From NCBI GenBank assembly GCA_040954595.2, contig CM082577.2:2666001-2730000 (forward strand): DNA of 64,000 nucleotides, written 5' to 3'. The DNA is from Balanoglossus misakiensis (Eukaryota; Animalia; Hemichordata). Positions 63,789-64,000 of the stretch are shown in pieces. A program made the translations under genes and the position numbers. The notes below the pieces were generated by a model. The model ran no database searches. It was not told the DNA's origin and saw only the letters and a program-made list of their open reading frames with translations. Position 1 is the stretch's first letter. Each line of letters starts with the position of its first letter.

Positions 63789-64000
63789 GTAAGTATTCTG
63801 TGAGTGATTTTGTGTAGTTGTGTGTCGCGGAAGGTTGATTATATCGCAAATTCTCAGCTTATTTCAAGCAAGTGATTTCACAATCATGACAATGATTCAG
63901 GGAAATGGGATCGACTGTGTACTGGATCATGGATGACTGTGTTCAACTGCCAATCGTTGTTTAACAAACTTACTTTTATTGAAGAAAAATAGCATTACGA

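Overview
This is AT-rich, intron-rich animal genomic DNA, not prokaryotic. It is probably a marine invertebrate, possibly a non-vertebrate deuterostome (inference). Most ORF-track entries are chance intronic ORFs. Three spliced genes can be built by hand from GT-AG sites with consistent intron phases. (1) The 5' part of a mu-crystallin/ketimine reductase (CRYM, ornithine cyclodeaminase family) lies on the minus strand and runs off the left edge. (2) A Dachs-like unconventional myosin (class XX) lies on the plus strand, 4540-54325, with 26 coding exons (~1170 aa) and a ~35.8 kb first intron. (3) An uncharacterised ~584 aa gene with RPxSAK repeats and RFX X-boxes, probably ciliary, lies on the minus strand, 58617-63471. 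The best finding is that CRYM carries two tandem 151-nt versions of its second coding exon with identical phases and only 15/50 aa identity. Including both or neither gives an early stop, so this looks like a mutually exclusive exon switch that rebuilds the substrate pocket. The myosin also appears to have up to four alternative phase-1 first coding exons and two possible C-termini. The rest is MITEs, Helentron/DINE-like relics, a tRNA-derived SINE head and microsatellites. No database searches were run, so family assignments come from recalled motifs.
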